NCBI GenBank assembly: GCA_046593035.1
Contig: JBKJSC010000265.1
Coordinates: 2,816-66,815 of the forward strand
DNA length: 64,000 nt
Direction: 5' to 3'
Source: Limisphaerales bacterium
Lineage (GTDB): Bacteria > Verrucomicrobiota > Verrucomicrobiia > Limisphaerales > JAYTXL01
Numbering within the stretch: position 1 is the stretch's first letter; each line of letters begins with the position of its first letter. The position numbers were made by a program, and so were the translations under genes. The notes under the pieces are model-generated. The model ran no database searches and was not told where the DNA came from. It was given only the letters and a program-made list of their open reading frames with translations. Shown in pieces: positions 59,618 through 64,000 of this stretch.

Positions 59618-60556
59618 TCATTTGGCCGTCGCGGCCTTGACCATCTCGGCCACGAAATCGTTCACCTTCCATTCGTTACCGACGAAGACCTGCTGCACCC
59701 GGCCCTGCGCATCCACCACGACGGTGCGGAGCTTGTGGTTGAAATTAAACGACGAGCCGGCTTCGCGGAAAAATTCCAGACCGAATTGCTCGGTGATCGC
59801 GTCGATCTCAATGAGCGCACCCGTGACGAAATTCCATTTCTCCGGGTCGTATTGATAGCGCCGCGCGTATGCCTTCAACGTCGCGGGTGTGTCATATTCC
59901 GGATCAAAGGAGATGGAAAGCAGCCGCCAGTTTTTCGGTCCGTCAGGCCGGGCGCTCAATTGTTTGTAGGCCGCCGCAAAGTTTTCCGTCATGCGCGGAC
60001 AGAAAGTCGGAAACGGACAGCGCGTAAAAATAAAAGTGAAACCCACCGCCTGACCCTTGAACTCCTGCAGGCTGACGGCCTGCCCCAGTTCGTTGGTGAA
60101 CGGGTAATTCGGCATCAGGTCGCCCACTTTCAATGGCTCCACTTCGCGGACACGGCGGAAAGTGGTCTGCGGTTTCGCGGCAGCGGGGGCGGCCTTGCCA
60201 ACCTTGGTCACGCGGTCGATCCAGGCATCGTCTTTCGTCACCAACATGCGGAAAAATATAGAATCGCCCGGTTGCAAGCCCGCCAATTCCTTCGGTTCCT
60301 TGACCTCCAGAGGCATGGTCATCGCCTCCATGTAATTTGGAATGGCCTCGTGCTTGACCACCGCCGTCCTGCCATCCGGTAACAATTCTTCCACCACGCC
60401 GCGGACGAAGAATGTCTGCAAATTTGTTGCTACTTGGTTCGTGGCGATGGCCGGCACGCGCACGGGCGCGGTCGTCTGCGAATTCTCGCGACAGGAAATA
60501 GCCGCACCGGCCAGCAGCAGCGCGGCCACCCAGGGAAATAGTTTTGCACGCAACAT
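59618..60556 (-). CDS. SCO1/SenC-family copper chaperone fused to an N-terminal CusF-like Met-rich copper-binding domain
   Basis: Signal/lipoprotein-like N-terminus (LLAGAAISC). The CusF-like segment is VVKHEAIPNYMEAMTMPLEV. The SCO thioredoxin fold is FIFTRCPFPTFCPRM...LLSISFDPEYDTP. Start at ATG 60556. Confidence 0.75.
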   Translation of the reverse strand: MLRAKLFPWVAALLLAGAAISCRENSQTTAPVRVPAIATNQVATNLQTFFVRGVVEELLPDGRTAVVKHEAIPNYMEAMTMPLEVKEPKELAGLQPGDSIFFRMLVTKDDAWIDRVTKVGKAAPAAAKPQTTFRRVREVEPLKVGDLMPNYPFTNELGQAVSLQEFKGQAVGFTFIFTRCPFPTFCPRMTENFAAAYKQLSARPDGPKNWRLLSISFDPEYDTPATLKAYARRYQYDPEKWNFVTGALIEIDAITEQFGLEFFREAGSSFNFNHKLRTVVVDAQGRVQQVFVGNEWKVNDFVAEMVKAATAK

Positions 60557-60665
60557 AAGAACCGATGCAGTTTCACTGTTTGGACTACGCTTTGGCAAGA
60601 CTGCACAAACACAAACCGGGACGGCAATTCTTTGACAGCCTGCGGCCAAACCGTATCCTTGCGCC

Positions 60666-61796
60666 ATGCGCGTTGTGAAAGTCCCCCTGGGCGGGCGGAG
60701 CTATCGTATCCTCATCGGCGGCGGCTTACTGGCGTGTCTCGGCACCGAGTGCGCGCGGCTGAAACTGGGCTGGCGTTGCGCTGTGATTTCCGACCGCCAC
60801 GTCGCGCCCCGCTATGGCAAGTCGGTGATGCAATCGCTCCGGGCCGCCGGCTTCGAACCGGTGGCGATCACCGTGCCCGCCGGTGAAACAGCCAAGAGTC
60901 TGGCGACGGTTGCGGCGTGCTACGATCAATTGGCCGCGCACCATATGGAACGCCAGTCGTTCATCATCGCGCTGGGCGGCGGCGTGGTGGGCGATCTCGC
61001 GGGGTTCGTCGCCGCGACTTATCTGCGCGGCATCCCGTTCGTGCAAGTGCCCACGACCTTGCTGGCTCAGGTGGACAGCTCGGTCGGCGGCAAAGTCGGC
61101 GTCAATTTGCGGGCCGGCAAAAACCTCGTCGGCGCATTTTACCAACCACGGCTCGTGCTCTGCGATCTCGACACCTTGGGCACTCTGCCGGTGCGGGAAC
61201 TGCGCGCCGGACTGGCCGAGGTTATCAAATACGGCATCATTTACGACGTGAAACTTTTTGCGCGTCTCGAACGCGATCTCCCCCGGTTGCTCGCCCGCGA
61301 GCCGAAGACCCTCGCCGCCGTCATCGCCCGCTGCTGCGAAATCAAAGCCGAGGTGGTGGGCCAGGACGAAACCGAGGGCGGCCTGCGCGCGATTTTGAAT
61401 TTCGGCCACACCATCGGCCACGCGATCGAGAATATTTCCGGCTATGGAAAATATCTGCACGGCGAGGCCATTTCCATTGGTCAGGTCGCGGCGGCAAAAC
61501 TTTCCACGGAGTTGCTGGGCCTGCACGGCGCGGAACTGGAGCGCATCACGAACTTGTTCGCGCAAGCAGGATTGCCCACGCAAATCAAACTCTCCGCCGC
61601 GCAACGCAGACGAATTCTCGCCGCGATGAAGCTCGACAAAAAAGTCAGCCACGGCGAAGTCAAATTCGTCCTCGCCGAAAAGATCGGAAAAGTCCGTTGG
61701 GGCCAAAGCGTGCCGCCGGCACTCATCGCCCAGGCTCTCCACGCCGAACTTTCGCCTGCAACCAACTGCTCCACGCCAAGGGCATCGATGCCGTGA
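60666..61796 (+). CDS. aroB: 3-dehydroquinate synthase
   Basis: GGGVVGDLAGFVAATYLRGIPFVQVPTTLLAQVDSSVGGKVGVN, NFGHTIGHAIE and HGEAISIG. Confidence 0.9.
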   Translation: MRVVKVPLGGRSYRILIGGGLLACLGTECARLKLGWRCAVISDRHVAPRYGKSVMQSLRAAGFEPVAITVPAGETAKSLATVAACYDQLAAHHMERQSFIIALGGGVVGDLAGFVAATYLRGIPFVQVPTTLLAQVDSSVGGKVGVNLRAGKNLVGAFYQPRLVLCDLDTLGTLPVRELRAGLAEVIKYGIIYDVKLFARLERDLPRLLAREPKTLAAVIARCCEIKAEVVGQDETEGGLRAILNFGHTIGHAIENISGYGKYLHGEAISIGQVAAAKLSTELLGLHGAELERITNLFAQAGLPTQIKLSAAQRRRILAAMKLDKKVSHGEVKFVLAEKIGKVRWGQSVPPALIAQALHAELSPATNCSTPRASMP

Positions 61797-62064
61797 TTTC
61801 CTTCCGCACGATACTGGCCGACCTGATCGGGCAGATCGAGGTGAACCGAAATTACCAGAAGTCCGACCTGCTCCAGACCATCCGCATCCTGAAAAATTAC
61901 GAGTTCCTTCGCGAGCCGCAGTTGGAGTTGTTCAAACCCAAGCGCAGCCGGAAGAAATCAAACTAGGAAACCGAGAACACAGGAAAAGATTCGGCGAGCA
62001 GTGTTGAATATCCATCTCTGATTTCCTGACTTCCAATTTCAAAAGGCTGCGGTAGCTTCCGCGC

Positions 62065-62631
62065 ATGGTTCTGGTCATCGACAATTACGATTCGTTCACC
62101 TACAACCTCGTCCAGTATCTGGGCGAGCTGGGAGTGGACTTGCAGGTTCACCGCAACGACCAGATATCGCTCGACCAGATTCGCGCCTTGCAGCCCGAAC
62201 GCATTCTCGTTTCGCCCGGCCCGTGTTCCCCGCGCGAATCGGGCCTTTCCAACGACATCATCCGCGAGTTCGGCAAAACGATTCCACTGTTTGGCGTGTG
62301 CCTGGGGCATCAGTGCATCGGGCACACGTTCGGCGCGAAGGTGGTGGTGAACTACCGCATGATGCACGGCAAAACGTCGTTGATTAAGCACAATGGCAAA
62401 GACTTGTTCGCTGAAATGCCCAATCCTTTTGCCGCGACGCGCTATCACTCGCTCGTGATCCAGCGCGACACGCTTCCGGACTTCCTCGAAGTCACCGCCG
62501 AAACTGACGAGGGCGAAATCATGGGCATCCGGCACAAGGAATATCCGATCCACGGCGTGCAGTTTCATCCGGAAAGCATCCTGACGGAGAGCGGTCGGAC
62601 GATCATGAAGAATTTTTTGACGCTCAAGTGA
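62065..62631 (+). CDS. trpG: Anthranilate/aminodeoxychorismate synthase component II (glutamine amidotransferase)
   Basis: [23 protein letters not shown] (catalytic Cys) and GVQFHPES. Confidence 0.9.
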   Translation: MVLVIDNYDSFTYNLVQYLGELGVDLQVHRNDQISLDQIRALQPERILVSPGPCSPRESGLSNDIIREFGKTIPLFGVCLGHQCIGHTFGAKVVVNYRMMHGKTSLIKHNGKDLFAEMPNPFAATRYHSLVIQRDTLPDFLEVTAETDEGEIMGIRHKEYPIHGVQFHPESILTESGRTIMKNFLTLK

Positions 62632-62756
62632 GCGACGTTCACGCTTGCGGCCACTTTAGTTTGGTGGACGAGTGGCGGTGGAATTAACCGGGCGGATTTG
62701 TAATTGGCTTCCCGCCGCCGACCGGATACAAAAGGGCGAACTTAACTGCCACCTTT

Positions 62757-63740
62757 ATGAGCACACTACTCGGATGCATCCTCGGTTTCATCGCCTGGTT
62801 TCTGTTGCGCTACCTTGTCGCCGGACTTTACACGGTGGATCAAAATGAGCGTGCGGTGAAAACCAGTTTCGGCCGCGCCGACCGCATTGAAGCCAAAACC
62901 ACGCTGGACGATCCCATCGCCGAGCACCTCGAGGGGGAAGAAAGGGATCGGTACGTTTATCCGCAAGTCCGCGTCATTCCGCCGGGCGGGCCGTATTTCA
63001 AATGGCCGTGGGAAAAAGTGCACAAGGTTTCCATCGCCACGCAGACGGTCAACATGGCCTTCGATCCGGAGAATCCGAATGTGAACAACAGCGGGACGCT
63101 GCTGGAGGCGGTGACGAAGGATCAGTTGAACACCGGTTTGACGGGCCAAATCCGCTACCGGGTTTCCGAGCGCAACCTGTACGCCTACCTGTTCGGCGTC
63201 AAACGCCCCATCGTGCATGTCATGGGTTACTTTGTTTCGGTGCTGCGCGAACGCATCGCCAACTTCGAGGCCCCCGCGCCGCGCGGTGCGGCCAATGCCT
63301 CCGACATCAACGCCGTCTCCGGCATTTCGATCAACGACCTGCGGAAAAACTTGCGTGACCTCAATGAGCACATGGATGTCGAGTGCCTTTCCTCCGCCGC
63401 GCGCTACGGCATGGTGCTCGATGCCTCGCTCATCACCGGCATTGATCCGCCGGCGGAAGTCGAATCCGCGCTGGCAGCCATCAACACCGCGCACAATCAA
63501 GTCTCCTCCGACATCAGCCTGGCGCAGGCGGGCGCGGATCAGAAGATCGTCCAATCCAAACGCGCCGTCGAAATTGAAACGCTCAAGGCCCACGCGGAAG
63601 TCGAGCCGCTCAACTCGCTGGCCGAGCAACTCACGGCGTTGAAAAAAAGTGGGCCGGAAGCATTGCCCGCCTACTTGCGCAACGTGCGCCTGTCGCTTTA
63701 CGGCAGCGCCCAACAAATCATTGTGGAGGCAAAATCATGA
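62757..63740 (+). CDS. SPFH/band-7 domain membrane protein
   Basis: N-terminal transmembrane segment, YTVDQNERAVKTSFG (typical SPFH entry), and a C-terminal coiled-coil region. Confidence 0.65.
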   Translation: MSTLLGCILGFIAWFLLRYLVAGLYTVDQNERAVKTSFGRADRIEAKTTLDDPIAEHLEGEERDRYVYPQVRVIPPGGPYFKWPWEKVHKVSIATQTVNMAFDPENPNVNNSGTLLEAVTKDQLNTGLTGQIRYRVSERNLYAYLFGVKRPIVHVMGYFVSVLRERIANFEAPAPRGAANASDINAVSGISINDLRKNLRDLNEHMDVECLSSAARYGMVLDASLITGIDPPAEVESALAAINTAHNQVSSDISLAQAGADQKIVQSKRAVEIETLKAHAEVEPLNSLAEQLTALKKSGPEALPAYLRNVRLSLYGSAQQIIVEAKS

Positions 63741-64000
63741 ACTTTTTTATCGCTGCCATCGTCACCTTTTTCGCCTGTCTCATTGGCATGCCGATCCTGC
63801 TCGGTTTCGCCCGCGCGTTCGGCGTCTATGCCATCGTCAAGGAACGTCAATGCCGCGTGTATGTCCTGTTCGGCAAGGTGCTCGCCATTCTCGAGGAGCC
63901 GGGAATTTATTTCCTCTGGCTCAAGCTCGGCTGGCGCGCGCCGTTTGTGAACTGGATCGGCCAGTGCCACATCCTCGACATGCGGCTTGACCAGGAATAT
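63737..64000 (+). CDS. SPFH/band-7 domain membrane protein (partial, runs off the right edge)
   Basis: My own translation from ATG 63737: MNFFIAAIVTFFACLIGMPILLGFARAFGVYAIVKERQCRVYVLFGKV.... ATGA overlap with the preceding SPFH gene. Confidence 0.6.
   Translation, partial: MNFFIAAIVTFFACLIGMPILLGFARAFGVYAIVKERQCRVYVLFGKVLAILEEPGIYFLWLKLGWRAPFVNWIGQCHILDMRLDQEY

Overview
High-GC (roughly 60% by eye) chromosomal segment. The gene content points to a PVC-superphylum bacterium (Verrucomicrobiota- or Planctomycetota-like). The evidence is a giant PSCyt1+DUF1549+LamG+DUF1553 protein next to a Tat-signal DUF1501 protein, PVC-type heme-binding dehydrogenase-like beta-propellers, a sulfatase, ThuA, DUF1080 and NHL-repeat proteins.

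Most of the window is housekeeping:
- tyrA-aroA-cmk-plsC, pyrD and glnB-glnA
- dnaA with a roughly 430 bp AT-richer upstream spacer (candidate oriC)
- mdh, fabI, xerC, ftsB, rsmB, aroB and trpG/pabA

The main result is recoding. Four reading frames are each split by exactly one in-frame TGA, and in every case the TGA sits where a redox or metal-binding Cys is expected.
- Three are tandem, signal-peptide-bearing TlpA-like thioredoxin-fold paralogues (52504-55924, minus strand) with a W-[TGA]-x-P-C active site.
- One is a MerP/CopZ-like HMA-domain protein (33178-33549) with G-M-V-[TGA]-G-V-N-C.
- Each TGA is followed 20-24 nt later by a hairpin with a G-U-containing loop. In the three TlpA paralogues this is a 19-nt block that is 100% identical while the flanking synonymous sites vary.
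- I interpret these as four exported selenoproteins with bacterial SECIS elements.

Other notable points:
- A class-II Ser-type tRNA whose anticodon reads ACU by eye.
- A roughly 94 bp inverted-repeat element inserted in frame inside aroA.
- Several families of palindromic REP/MITE-like intergenic elements.

All product calls come from motif recognition by eye, with no database search. ORF-track coordinates include the stop codon, and a leading M in the track may stand for a GTG or TTG start.
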